Of a stretch of DNA of 64,000 bases, positions 45,379-55,368 are shown in pieces. The position numbers and the translations under genes were made by a program. The notes below the pieces were generated by a model. That model was not told the DNA's origin. It ran no database searches and was given only the letters and a program-made list of their open reading frames with translations. This stretch comes from an uncultured Ruminococcus sp. (lineage in GTDB: Bacteria > Bacillota > Clostridia > Oscillospirales > Acutalibacteraceae): assembly GCA_902802795.1 (NCBI GenBank), contig CADCNI010000002.1:10213-74212 (forward strand), given 5' to 3'. Position 1 is the stretch's first letter. Every line of letters begins with the position of its first letter.

Positions 45379-46455
45379 ATGAAAGCATGGCTGATTCTCG
45401 AGGACGGACGCGTCTACCAGGGCGAATCTGTCGGAGCGGAAAAGAAAACCGTCTGTGAAATTGTGTTCAACACCTCCATGACGGGCTATCGTGAGCTTCT
45501 TACCGACCCGTCTTACGCGGGGCAGGGCGTTGTGATGACATATCCCATTATCGGCAGCTACGGCGTATGCGGAGAGGATACCGAATCCCGCCGCCCGTGG
45601 GTGGAGGCGTACATCGTGCGCGAGCTGAACAGAACCGCTTCCAACTTCCGCTCGGAGGGGTTTCTGCGGGATTATCTGATCAAAAATGATATTCCCGTTA
45701 TACAGGGGATTGATACCCGTGCGCTGACCAAGCACCTTCGCGAGTCGGGAACCATGCGCGGCATGATTACCTTTGGCGAGAGCTTCGACATGGATGCCTG
45801 CATGAAAGAAATCAAGGCGTACACCCTGCCCGAAACCGTGCCGACTGTCACCTGCGCGGAAAAATACACCCTCGGTCAGGGCGGTCAGTATAAGGTGGCG
45901 CTGCTCGATCTGGGCGCCAAGCAGAATATTCCGCAGTCCCTCGTGAATCTCGGCTGCGAGGTCACAGTCTACCCCGCGCAGACCTCCGCGGAGGAGATTC
46001 TGGCGGCTCAGCCAGACGGCATCATGCTTTCCAACGGACCCGGCGACCCCAAGCAGTGCGGCAGTGTGATTGAGGAAATCAAGAAGCTCATCGCGGCAAA
46101 AATCCCGATTTTTGCCATCTGTCTGGGACATCAGCTCACGGCGCTGGCCAACGGCTTTGACACCTACAAGCTCAAGTACGGTCACAGAGGCGCCAATCAC
46201 CCGGTCAAGGATTTGAAAACGGGTCATATCTACATCACCTCGCAGAATCACGGCTATGTGGTGGACGAGCAGTCTATCGACCCCGCTGTGGCCGAGATGA
46301 GCCATGTCAACGTCAACGACGGAAGCTGTGAGGGCGTGCGCTATAAAAACGGCTACGTCTTTACTGTGCAGTTCCACCCTGAGGCATGCCCCGGCCCGCT
46401 GGATTCCGCACCGCTCTTTGAAGAATTCATTGCTATGATGGGAGGCAACAACTAA
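45379..46455 (+). CDS. carA: Carbamoyl-phosphate synthase small (glutaminase) subunit
   Basis: It has the GATase triad context (ICLGHQ, HGYVV, QFHPE). Confidence 0.94.
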   Translation: MKAWLILEDGRVYQGESVGAEKKTVCEIVFNTSMTGYRELLTDPSYAGQGVVMTYPIIGSYGVCGEDTESRRPWVEAYIVRELNRTASNFRSEGFLRDYLIKNDIPVIQGIDTRALTKHLRESGTMRGMITFGESFDMDACMKEIKAYTLPETVPTVTCAEKYTLGQGGQYKVALLDLGAKQNIPQSLVNLGCEVTVYPAQTSAEEILAAQPDGIMLSNGPGDPKQCGSVIEEIKKLIAAKIPIFAICLGHQLTALANGFDTYKLKYGHRGANHPVKDLKTGHIYITSQNHGYVVDEQSIDPAVAEMSHVNVNDGSCEGVRYKNGYVFTVQFHPEACPGPLDSAPLFEEFIAMMGGNN

Positions 46456-49400
46456 TGCCCAAGAATCCTGCTATTAAAAAGGTTGTCGTCATCGGCTCCG
46501 GTCCGATCATCATCGGTCAAGCCGCCGAATTTGACTACGCGGGCACACAGGCGTGCCGCTCGCTTAAGGAGGAAGGCGTTGAGGTCGTCCTCATCAACTC
46601 CAACCCCGCTACCATTATGACCGATAAGGACATCGCGGACAAGGTTTACATCGAGCCGCTTACCACCGACACGGTCAAGAAGGTCATTCTCGCGGAAAAA
46701 CCCGATTCCGTTTTGCCCACCCTCGGCGGTCAGAACGCGCTCAACCTCGCGGTGGAGCTGGAAGAGGAAGGCTTCTTTGCCGCACATGGCGTGACCATGA
46801 TCGGCACCACCGCCGAAACCATCCGCAAGGCGGAGGACAGACAGGAATTTAAAGATACCATGGAGAAAATCCACCAGCCCTGCGCCGAAAGTCTGGTGGT
46901 GCATACGGTGGAGGACGCCGTCGCGTTTGCCGAGAAGATCGGCTATCCCGTGGTGGTGCGTCCCGCCTTCACGCTGGGCGGCACAGGCGGCGGCATTGCC
47001 CATAATCATGACGAGCTGGTGGAAATCTGCGGTCACGGTCTCCAGGTCAGCCGCGTGACCGAAGCGCTGATTGAGCGCTACATCGGCGGCTGGAAGGAAA
47101 TTGAATATGAAGTCATCCGCGACAGCGCGGGCAACTGCATCACCGTCTGTAACATGGAAAATCTCGACCCGGTGGGCGTTCACACGGGCGACTCCATCGT
47201 TGTCGCGCCGTCCCAGACGCTCAGCGACAAGGAACACCAGATGCTCCGCAGCGCGGCGCTCGCCATCATCGACGAACTGGATATCGCGGGCGGCTGCAAC
47301 GTGCAGTTCGCGCTCAATCCGAACAGCTTTGAGTACGCGGTCATCGAGGTCAACCCCCGCGTGAGCCGTTCTTCCGCGCTGGCGTCCAAGGCGACGGGCT
47401 ATCCCATCGCCAAGGTAGCGGCCAAAATCGCGCTGGGCTACCGCCTCGACGAGATCAAGAACGCCATCACCCACAAGACCTTTGCCTGCTTCGAGCCGAC
47501 GCTGGATTACTGCGTTGTCAAGATTCCGCGCTGGCCGTTTGATAAATTTGTCTATGCCAAGAGAAAGCTCGGCACCCAGATGAAGGCGACCGGCGAAGTC
47601 ATGGGCATCGGCATCAATTTCGAGAGCGCGCTGATGAAATCCATCCGCTGCCTCGAAACCAACATTTTCAGCCTGCGCATGAAGGAAGTCATGGAGATGG
47701 ACGATGAAACGCTCGGACAGGCGCTTCATCTGGTGGACGACCGCCGCATCTTCGTCATTGCCGAAGCACTCCGCCGCGGCTATACGCAGCAAAGCATTCA
47801 CGACATCACCACCATCGACCTGTGGTTTATCGACAAGCTCGCCTCTATCGTCGAAACCGAAAAGGCGATTGCAACGGAACTGAGCGTGGAAACGCTCCGC
47901 CGCGCCAAGCTGCTCGGCTTCACCGACAAGGTGATCGGTGAAATCTGCGGCAGGGACGAGGACGAAGTGCGCGCCATGCGTTACGACAACGGCATCAGGG
48001 CGGCCTACAAGATGGTCGATACCTGCGCCGCCGAATTCGACGCGGAAACCCCTTACTACTATTCCTGCTACGAGAGCGAAAACGAGGTTGACCCGACAAC
48101 CGACAAGAAAAAGGTCATGGTCATCGGTTCCGGCCCGATTCGTATCGGTCAGGGCGTGGAGTTTGACTACTGCTCGGTGCATTCCGTGTGGGCGCTCAGA
48201 GCGGCGGGCTATGAGACGATCATCGTCAACAACAACCCCGAAACCGTTTCCACCGACTTTGACGTGTCAGACAAGCTGTACTTTGAACCGCTGACCCCCG
48301 AAGACGTGCGCAACATCGTGGAGCTGGAGCAGCCTTACGGCGCGGTCGTGCAGTTCGGCGGGCAGACAGCCATCAAGCTGTGCGAGGCGCTCGACAAGAT
48401 GGGCGTGCGCATTCTCGGCACCTCTGCGGAGAATATGGACAGAGCCGAGGACAGAGAGCTGTTCGACCAGATTCTCACCAAGTGCGGCATTCCCAAGGCG
48501 CCCGGCAAGACGGTCTTTACCTGCGACGAAGCCATCGCCGCCGCCAATGAAATCGGCTATCCCGTCCTCGTGCGTCCTTCCTACGTGCTGGGCGGTCAGG
48601 GCATGCATATCGCCTTCTCGGATAAGGAGATCCGCGAGTATATCGGCATTATCAACCGCATTCAGCAGGATCATCCGATTCTCGTTGACAAATATATCAT
48701 GGGCAAGGAAGTCGAGGTTGACGCGATCTGCGACGGCACCGACATCCTCATTCCCGGCATCATGGAGCATATCGAGCGCGCGGGCGTTCACTCCGGCGAC
48801 TCCATTTCGGTCTATCCCTGCCAGTCCATCAGCAAGAAGGTGCAGGAGAAGATCGTGGAGGATACGCGCAATCTGGCGCTGTCGCTGGGCGTGCGCGGCA
48901 TGATCAATATTCAGTTTATCGTCAAGGACGATGTGGTGTATATCATTGAAGCCAACCCCCGTTCTTCCAGAACCGTTCCCTATATCAGCAAGATCACGGG
49001 CATTCCGATCGTCAAGCTGGCGACACAGTGTCTCTTCGGGGACAAGAAGATTCCCGACCTCGGCTATGAATACGGCCTCCAGAAAGAGCAGCCCACCATC
49101 GCCATCAAAATGCCGGTCTTCTCGTTTGAAAAGCTCTACGGCGCGGACATCAGCCTCGGCCCCGAAATGAAGTCCACCGGCGAAGTGCTGGGTATCGCCT
49201 ACACCTACGAGGAAGCCCTTATCAAGGCGTTTGTCGGCACCGGCATCCGCCTGCCCCGCAGCCACAAGATCGCCATTACCGTCAAGGATATGGACAAGGA
49301 AGAAGTCGTTCCCATCGCGCAGGATTTTGTCGATCTGGGGTATGAAATCTACTGCACCGCCGGCACCAGCCGTTATCTCTCCGACCGCGGCATCCCCAAC

Positions 49401-49652
49401 CGTGTGGTAAAGCGCCTCGAGGACGGTTCCCCCAACTACATCGACATGATTGTCAACAATGAGCTTGACCTCATCATCAACACCCCCACACAGGGCATGG
49501 AAACCAACCGCGACGGCTATCTCATCAGAAGAAATGCCGTGGAGTGCGGCGTGCATTGCTTCACCTCGCTTGACACGGCGAGAGCGCTGGCCACCTGTCT
49601 CAAGAACGCTGACGGCGTTGATCTCTCGGTCATCGACATCGCGAAAATTTAG
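46455..49652 (+). CDS. carB: Carbamoyl-phosphate synthase large subunit
   Basis: The protein is 1065 aa with duplicated ATP-grasp halves and an MGS-like C-domain. The start overlaps the carA stop. Confidence 0.96.
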   Translation: MPKNPAIKKVVVIGSGPIIIGQAAEFDYAGTQACRSLKEEGVEVVLINSNPATIMTDKDIADKVYIEPLTTDTVKKVILAEKPDSVLPTLGGQNALNLAVELEEEGFFAAHGVTMIGTTAETIRKAEDRQEFKDTMEKIHQPCAESLVVHTVEDAVAFAEKIGYPVVVRPAFTLGGTGGGIAHNHDELVEICGHGLQVSRVTEALIERYIGGWKEIEYEVIRDSAGNCITVCNMENLDPVGVHTGDSIVVAPSQTLSDKEHQMLRSAALAIIDELDIAGGCNVQFALNPNSFEYAVIEVNPRVSRSSALASKATGYPIAKVAAKIALGYRLDEIKNAITHKTFACFEPTLDYCVVKIPRWPFDKFVYAKRKLGTQMKATGEVMGIGINFESALMKSIRCLETNIFSLRMKEVMEMDDETLGQALHLVDDRRIFVIAEALRRGYTQQSIHDITTIDLWFIDKLASIVETEKAIATELSVETLRRAKLLGFTDKVIGEICGRDEDEVRAMRYDNGIRAAYKMVDTCAAEFDAETPYYYSCYESENEVDPTTDKKKVMVIGSGPIRIGQGVEFDYCSVHSVWALRAAGYETIIVNNNPETVSTDFDVSDKLYFEPLTPEDVRNIVELEQPYGAVVQFGGQTAIKLCEALDKMGVRILGTSAENMDRAEDRELFDQILTKCGIPKAPGKTVFTCDEAIAAANEIGYPVLVRPSYVLGGQGMHIAFSDKEIREYIGIINRIQQDHPILVDKYIMGKEVEVDAICDGTDILIPGIMEHIERAGVHSGDSISVYPCQSISKKVQEKIVEDTRNLALSLGVRGMINIQFIVKDDVVYIIEANPRSSRTVPYISKITGIPIVKLATQCLFGDKKIPDLGYEYGLQKEQPTIAIKMPVFSFEKLYGADISLGPEMKSTGEVLGIAYTYEEALIKAFVGTGIRLPRSHKIAITVKDMDKEEVVPIAQDFVDLGYEIYCTAGTSRYLSDRGIPNRVVKRLEDGSPNYIDMIVNNELDLIINTPTQGMETNRDGYLIRRNAVECGVHCFTSLDTARALATCLKNADGVDLSVIDIAKI

Positions 49653-49671
49653 TGGTCAGTGGTTAGTGGTT
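49651..49671 (+). repeat. Heptanucleotide tandem array (AGTGGTY)x3 overlapping the carB stop codon
   Basis: The units are agtggtc, agtggtt, agtggtt. The carB TAG is at 49650-49652. Confidence 0.85.
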
Positions 49672-49764
49672 AGCGCTGTCCAAAATGCAAGTACTCCCTT
49701 CGGTACGTCTGTGACGTGACGGAGGGAGTTTGTTTTGCCAAGTGGAGAACCAGTTGATACAACG

Positions 49765-49810
49765 AAAAACAGCGCAGATGCACAGGAAAGCACATCCGCG
49801 CTGTTTTTTG
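49765..49810. terminator. Bidirectional terminator between carB and the EEP gene
   Basis: The stem aaaaacagcgcagatg / catccgcgctgtttttt has one mismatch. Confidence 0.75.
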
Positions 49811-49870
49811 TTGTCTGTAAAAAATCATGAAAAAGCGGAGCTGCAACAGCATGAAGCCGTAAATAAACAA

Positions 49871-49884
49871 CTTCACATTTCACT
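49871..49884 (-). repeat. Two GTGAA-type heptamer units, sense to the minus-strand EEP gene
   Basis: The plus strand reads cttcaca tttcact, which on the minus strand is agtgaaa tgtgaag. This lies ~60 nt downstream of the EEP stop. Confidence 0.6.
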
Positions 49885-49944
49885 TTCCTTTCGGAGGAGG
49901 GAAGTTGTCATGCAGGAGATGCTTCGGAAATGACCGGGCGGGGA

Positions 49945-51069
49945 TTACGCGTGATCGGACGGTTTCAGCTTGAATTTTAATACGACCGGGTTATGATCGC
50001 TGTAGAGAAACTGATTGTCGACCACATCCATAAAGGCGGATTCCACATTGTCGGAAACGATAAATCCGTCAACGATCAATGTAAAACAGTCCGATCCATA
50101 AGGTTTGTCACAGTTGCGGCAGGAGGGAATGGTGAGTCCGCTGTGGTAATCGGTCAGTTTATCAAAATGAGCCGGTATCATCTCATCGGGAAACTCTGCC
50201 GCCCAGCTGTATTGTTCGGGAACCTCGTCATTAAAGTGTTCCTTGGAATGTCCGGTAAAATCATGATTGAAGTCACCGGCGCAGATGACATAATTCCCTT
50301 TTTCGTATTCCTGCTGCATATCTCCGAACAGCTTTTGAAGCTGTTGTGCCTGCAAATCACTGTCCGTGCCGTATGCGGACAGATGGGCGTTGATGACGAC
50401 CAATTCCTTCCCGTTTTCCGTTTGGATATGGTTGACGGAATAGCAGCGGTCGAGGTCAATGAACTTTGACAGGCTTTCCGAAATCGGCAAACTGCGCCGT
50501 GTGGCGGAGGCTATCCGCGCGGTGCTGAGCGTCAGAAGACCCGAGTGAGAAGCTCCGTGAGGCTGAAGAAAAGGGTAAAACAGAAACGCGGAATGATAAT
50601 TGACAGCAAAGGTGGAGGAAAAACCGTCAAACGCATTCTGTATCCGTTCCGCCTCGTTTATATGATAGCTGCGGGTAGAGTCTGTATCCGCTTCCTGTAT
50701 CATGGCGATGTCGGGGCGGTATTGTTTTAAAAGAGCGATATCTCCGTCAATGCACTGTATAACGCTTTCTTTCGACGCCGCCCAAGATTGCGTGCCGCCG
50801 TCCATAAAAAACGTATAGTCGGGTGTGTAAGCGCCGAAGCCGATATTGTAGGTAATGGCGGTATATTCCGTGTCTGTTTTGAGTGTGTCGGTTCCGGCGG
50901 TTCCGGCAGGTTCCAGCGTCTGATTGTCCCCGATGCGGTTATATGTCATCAGCACATAGGCGATATATCCCGCGATAATCAGAAGGAATGCCCCCGCCAC
51001 GCACGAAAGGAGGATAGCACCCCGTTTCAGACGGTTCTTTTTTGCGTTGGGTTTGTTTTGTTTTTCCAT
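49945..51069 (-). CDS. Endonuclease/exonuclease/phosphatase (EEP) family protein, N-terminally membrane anchored
   Basis: An N-terminal TM is followed by EEP motifs (TYNIGFG, MIQEAD, INAHLSA, GDFNHD, SDHNPV). Confidence 0.82.
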   Translation of the reverse strand: MEKQNKPNAKKNRLKRGAILLSCVAGAFLLIIAGYIAYVLMTYNRIGDNQTLEPAGTAGTDTLKTDTEYTAITYNIGFGAYTPDYTFFMDGGTQSWAASKESVIQCIDGDIALLKQYRPDIAMIQEADTDSTRSYHINEAERIQNAFDGFSSTFAVNYHSAFLFYPFLQPHGASHSGLLTLSTARIASATRRSLPISESLSKFIDLDRCYSVNHIQTENGKELVVINAHLSAYGTDSDLQAQQLQKLFGDMQQEYEKGNYVICAGDFNHDFTGHSKEHFNDEVPEQYSWAAEFPDEMIPAHFDKLTDYHSGLTIPSCRNCDKPYGSDCFTLIVDGFIVSDNVESAFMDVVDNQFLYSDHNPVVLKFKLKPSDHA

Positions 51070-51090
51070 TGCCGACTCTCCTTTTTATGG

Positions 51091-52812
51091 TTACTCCTGC
51101 GAGTCCATGTGATCAGGAGCGGTGACTTTGAGCATGTTGAGAATGTTGGCGATCACGCGGCGCACGCAGTCACAGAGCAGCAGACGCGCGGCAGTGAGGT
51201 TGTCGTCGTCGTTGCCCAGCACGCGGCAGTCGTGATAGAACTTGTGATATTTGGAAGCAAGCTCCATGACATAACGGGTCATGCGGGCAGGTTCGTATTC
51301 CTTCGCCGCCGCGATGATTTCGTTCGGCAGGGAGGAGAGGTAGCGGATGAGTTCGATCTCGGAGGGATGTGTGAGCAGGTCGAGCGCTTCGGGGGATACC
51401 TCGTCGAGTTTGATTTTTTTCGCTTCGTCGCGGCGGAAGATGGAGCAGATACGCGCGTGGGCATACTGCACATAGTAGACCGGGTTCTGCGAATCCTCGC
51501 GCACCGCGAGTCCGAGGTCAAAGTCCATCTGGGTGTTGGCCTCGCGCAGGTTGAAGAAGAAGCGCGCTGCGTCTACGGGAACTTCATCCAGCAGGTCGGC
51601 GAGCTGAATGGCCTTGCCGGTTCGTTTGCTCATTTTGACGGGTACGCCGTTGTCCATCAGACGCACGAGCTGCATGAGGACGATGTGCAATTGAGAGCCG
51701 TTCAGACCTACCGCGTCCATCGCGCCTTTCATACGCGCGACGTGACCGTGATGGTCAGCGCCCCACACGTCGATGCAGGTGTCAAAGCCGCGCTTTAAGA
51801 ATTTGTTGCGGTGATAGGCGATATCCGCCGCGAAATAGGTGGGATTGCCGTTGGCGCGAACGAGCACTTCGTCCTTTTCGCCGCCGAATTCGGTCGCCTT
51901 GTACCAGATGGCGCCTTCCTTTTCGTAAGTCAGCCCTTTCTCGGTGAGGATGTCAATGATCTCCTGCACTTCACCGCTTTCGTGCAGCGAGCTTTCCAGG
52001 AACCATGTATCGTAGACAATGCGGTATTTGGCAATGTCGGATTTCATTTTGGCGATGTTCTTGGGCAGGGCATAGTCCACCAGCGTGGCGCGGCGTTCTT
52101 CTTCGCTTTTGTCCATATAGCTGTCGCCGTGAATGTCGGCAAATTCCTTAGCCAGCTCCACAATATCCCCGCCGTGGTAGGAATCCTCCGGCAGCGGTGC
52201 GGCGTCCTCGCCTTTGAAAAGCTGTTGGTAGCGGATATCCAGCGAGAGCGCAAATTTCTGAATCTGGTTGCCCGCGTCGTTGACGTAGAATTCACGCTCC
52301 ACATCGTAGCCTGCCGTTTCCAGAACAGCCGCGAGGCAGTCGCCCAGCGCGCCGCCGCGCGCATTGCCCATATGCATGGGGCCGGTGGGATTGGCGGAGA
52401 CGAATTCCACCATCACACGCTTGCCCTTGCCGTAGTCGGATTTGCCGTAATCCGCGCCGTCAGAGCGGATACCCGTCAGGACGTTGCTGAAATAGCGCCG
52501 ACCCACAAAGAAATTGATGAAGCCGGGACCCGCGACCTCCACCCGCTCGACATAGGTGCCGGTGAAGTCCATTCGCTCGGTAAGAAGCTCCGCAATCTTG
52601 CGGGGCGGCAGACGGAACGCCTTGGCGGAGATCATCGCCGCGTTGGAGGCAAAATCGCCGTGGGAGGGGTCGGCAGGGGTTTCGATGGAAAAGGCGGGGG
52701 CGGGAACGGCGGGGATGACTTCATCCGCTACCGCGCGTCCCATGGCCGCCATGATGATTTCTCTGATTTGTCCGTGTATTTCATTGATGGCATTGGTCAT
52801 TTGGTCAATCAA
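51091..52812 (-). CDS. argS: Arginine--tRNA ligase
   Basis: The class I motifs are present (SANPTGPMHMGNARG and the MSKRTG KMSKS-like motif), with a DALR anticodon-binding C-domain. Confidence 0.95.
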   Translation of the reverse strand: MIDQMTNAINEIHGQIREIIMAAMGRAVADEVIPAVPAPAFSIETPADPSHGDFASNAAMISAKAFRLPPRKIAELLTERMDFTGTYVERVEVAGPGFINFFVGRRYFSNVLTGIRSDGADYGKSDYGKGKRVMVEFVSANPTGPMHMGNARGGALGDCLAAVLETAGYDVEREFYVNDAGNQIQKFALSLDIRYQQLFKGEDAAPLPEDSYHGGDIVELAKEFADIHGDSYMDKSEEERRATLVDYALPKNIAKMKSDIAKYRIVYDTWFLESSLHESGEVQEIIDILTEKGLTYEKEGAIWYKATEFGGEKDEVLVRANGNPTYFAADIAYHRNKFLKRGFDTCIDVWGADHHGHVARMKGAMDAVGLNGSQLHIVLMQLVRLMDNGVPVKMSKRTGKAIQLADLLDEVPVDAARFFFNLREANTQMDFDLGLAVREDSQNPVYYVQYAHARICSIFRRDEAKKIKLDEVSPEALDLLTHPSEIELIRYLSSLPNEIIAAAKEYEPARMTRYVMELASKYHKFYHDCRVLGNDDDNLTAARLLLCDCVRRVIANILNMLKVTAPDHMDSQE

Positions 52813-53224
52813 TCCTTTCTGTGATTTCCGTCAGCTCCATGATGACGCGGTTAATCTGCGGTGCGCCGTCGATCTCCACCTGCGAGACGTATTCCACCCG
52901 TCCGCCGCGTTCAGTGAGCGAGCAGTCCGCGCTTTGCAGGGTGAACACCATCGGAACCGTGCCGTAGGGCGTCTGGGCGTCAACGCTGTGGGAATAGCCC
53001 GGACGAAGGAGAATCGAGAAGGAACGGCGGCGGGATATCTGAATCTCACCGTCGGAAGTGATTTTGATCACCGTGAATCCGTTTTCCTCGTCGTCATATT
53101 TGAGCCGATGCACCCCGTCCGCGAAAGAATAGCGGCAGGGGCAGATGACCTCCATATCGTCGTCGTAGTCGTCCGCGTGAATCGAGGTCGCAATTTTCAG
53201 GCGGTAGGATGTTTCCGCACGCAT
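52805..53224 (-). CDS. DUF1934 (YwiB-like) beta-barrel protein
   Basis: Its size and position immediately upstream of and overlapping argS match the usual Firmicute arrangement. Confidence 0.75.
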   Translation of the reverse strand: MRAETSYRLKIATSIHADDYDDDMEVICPCRYSFADGVHRLKYDDEENGFTVIKITSDGEIQISRRRSFSILLRPGYSHSVDAQTPYGTVPMVFTLQSADCSLTERGGRVEYVSQVEIDGAPQINRVIMELTEITERID

Positions 53225-53227
53225 GGT

Positions 53228-54316
53228 TTACTTTTTCCTGTCCGCTCTTTCGAGGGCGAACGCGATGATTTTGTCGATCAGCTCGGTTTTGCCGACGCCG
53301 GACGCTTCAAACAGCTTGGGGTACATGCTGATTTCGGTGAAGCCGGGCAGGGTGTTGGGTTCGTTGAGCATCGGTTCGCCGTCGCTCTTGCGCACGAGAA
53401 AGTCGATGCGCGCCAGTCCCGAACAGCCGAGGATCTTGTAGGCTTGGAGCGCTCTCTTTTGAATCAGCTCCACCGTGGCGGGCTTGAGGTCGGCGGGAAT
53501 GACCAGGCGGCTGGATTCGTCGTTGTATTTCGCGTCGTAGTCGTACCAGTCGGCGGCGGGGATGATTTCACCCGCTACGGAGACGATGGGTTCGTCGTTG
53601 CCGAGCACCGCCACTTCCACTTCGCGCCCGTTGATGGCTTCCTCCACCACGATCTTGTCGTCATGCTGGGCCGCCAGACGCACCGCGTCCATCAGTTCGC
53701 TGGGGCTGCTGCATTTGCTGATACCCACCGAGGAACCGGCGTTGGCGGGCTTGACAAAGCAGGGATAACCGAGCTGCTCTTCCACCTGTTCCAGACAGCG
53801 GTCAATGTGGCGCTCAAAATAGCGGTGGTAGAACCACAGAAACTTCGCCTGCGGAATGCCACCGTATTCGAGGACGGTGTTGGTGAGCGCCTTGTCCATG
53901 CAGATGGCGGAAGAAGCCACGCCGCAGCCGACGTAGGGAATCTGCGCCAGTTCAAACAAGCCCTGCATAGAGCCGTCTTCGCCGTTCTTGCCATGCATGA
54001 CGGGATAAGCCACATCCAGACGGACAGTCTCCGTGCCGCTCTCCCGCAGCACAAGCATGCCGTGGACCGCCGCGTCGGGAACGATGAAAGCCTGTGTGGT
54101 CTTGCCGGAGGTTTCCCATTCGCCGGTCGGAATGAGGTTCACATCCCCCTCATAGAGGTACCATTTGCCCTCCTTGGTAATGCCGATCATATATACGTTG
54201 TATTTTTCTCTGTCGATGTTGTTGAGAACCATTGTAACTGAGACTCTCGACACCTCGTGCTCCGAGGATTTACCGCCGAAGATCACGGCGACGTTCCATT
54301 TGTTTGCACCAGTCAT
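53228..54316 (-). CDS. ddl: D-alanine--D-alanine ligase
   Basis: It has VIFGGKSSEHEVS and an ATP-grasp fold (PCFVKPANAGSSVGISK, NEPNTLPGFT). The start could be ATG 54316 or 54337. Confidence 0.93.
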   Translation of the reverse strand: MTGANKWNVAVIFGGKSSEHEVSRVSVTMVLNNIDREKYNVYMIGITKEGKWYLYEGDVNLIPTGEWETSGKTTQAFIVPDAAVHGMLVLRESGTETVRLDVAYPVMHGKNGEDGSMQGLFELAQIPYVGCGVASSAICMDKALTNTVLEYGGIPQAKFLWFYHRYFERHIDRCLEQVEEQLGYPCFVKPANAGSSVGISKCSSPSELMDAVRLAAQHDDKIVVEEAINGREVEVAVLGNDEPIVSVAGEIIPAADWYDYDAKYNDESSRLVIPADLKPATVELIQKRALQAYKILGCSGLARIDFLVRKSDGEPMLNEPNTLPGFTEISMYPKLFEASGVGKTELIDKIIAFALERADRKK

Positions 54317-54382
54317 AATCTTCTTCCATCCTTTCAATCCTATTGTCTTATCGCAATAAGTGTATACATTACATTATACAAC

Positions 54383-54430
54383 AAAAAAACGGCGGTTGCA
54401 ATAGATTATATGCCTACCCCGCCGGATTTT
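54383..54430 (-). terminator. Intrinsic terminator after the HAD hydrolase gene
   Basis: On the minus strand, ccggcgggg...ccgccg is followed by ttttttt. Confidence 0.65.
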
Positions 54431-54459
54431 TTTAGAATATTTTCAACTTTTTCGGTTTG

Positions 54460-55101
54460 TCAGATGACCTGCGGCACCAATGCGGGCAGGTCGGCAAAGG
54501 TTGGGACAGCATACGCCGCATCCGGCACATCACCGAAGCCGTAGGCGGCAAAGAGGAAGGGTATGCCCGCCTGCTCCGCCGACTGCGCGTCCAGCGCGGT
54601 GTCTCCCACATAGACGGCGCTTTGCAGCGAGTTGCGTTCCATCAGCAGCCGGATGTTTTCCGCCTTGGGCAGATGGGTGCCTCCGAAGGTTTCGCCGTCG
54701 TCGAAGTATTTCCGCAGTCCGTGGAAATCGAGGAAGTTGTCAAGATAGGCCGGGTGGCAATTGCTGACAATGCCGAGAAAATACGTCTCCCGCAGCACGG
54801 CGAGGGTTTCCTCCAGCGCGGGGTAGAGGATGCCGCCGTGACGGCGCAGAAAATCGTCTTCCGCCGTAAGGCAGTCGGCAAACACGGCCAGTCCCTCCTC
54901 ACGCGGCAGATCGGGCAGCATCATAGATACGATGCCATCGGGCGTTTTGCCCATGTAGGAATTCATATCTTCGGTGGTGATCTGCCGCAGACCGCGTCTT
55001 GCCAGCACTTCATTCCATGCGGGCACAATGCGCTCGGAAGTGTTCCAGAGTGTGCCGTCCAGATCGAAGATCACGCCTTTTTTGCGTGGGATGTCGTTCA
55101 T
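54460..55101 (-). CDS. HAD-superfamily hydrolase (phosphoglycolate phosphatase-like)
   Basis: It has DLDGTL motif I, the SN motif and the GDTALD motif. Confidence 0.82.
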   Translation of the reverse strand: MNDIPRKKGVIFDLDGTLWNTSERIVPAWNEVLARRGLRQITTEDMNSYMGKTPDGIVSMMLPDLPREEGLAVFADCLTAEDDFLRRHGGILYPALEETLAVLRETYFLGIVSNCHPAYLDNFLDFHGLRKYFDDGETFGGTHLPKAENIRLLMERNSLQSAVYVGDTALDAQSAEQAGIPFLFAAYGFGDVPDAAYAVPTFADLPALVPQVI

Positions 55102-55136
55102 GTTGCCTGCCTCCTGCTTTTGTCAGAATACAATAA

Positions 55137-55343
55137 TCAAAAATAGAAAAGCTCCTCAAATGTTTTGTTCAGCGCGATACAGAGCACCAGCGCCAGCTTG
55201 GCGGAGGGGCAGAACTGTCCGGTTTCGATGGAGCTGATGGTGTTGCGCGAAACACCCACGACCGCCGCGAGCTGCTGCTGAGAGAGTCCATATTCGGCGC
55301 GCGCCTTTTTCAGGCGGTTTTTCAGAATCAGATTGTCGTCCAT
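55137..55343 (-). CDS. XRE-family helix-turn-helix transcriptional regulator (68 aa)
   Basis: The LSQQQLAAVVGVSRNTISSIETG sequence is a classic Cro/C1 HTH. Confidence 0.85.
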   Translation of the reverse strand: MDDNLILKNRLKKARAEYGLSQQQLAAVVGVSRNTISSIETGQFCPSAKLALVLCIALNKTFEELFYF

Positions 55344-55368
55344 TGGTTTGCTCCTGTTCTGATTGATT

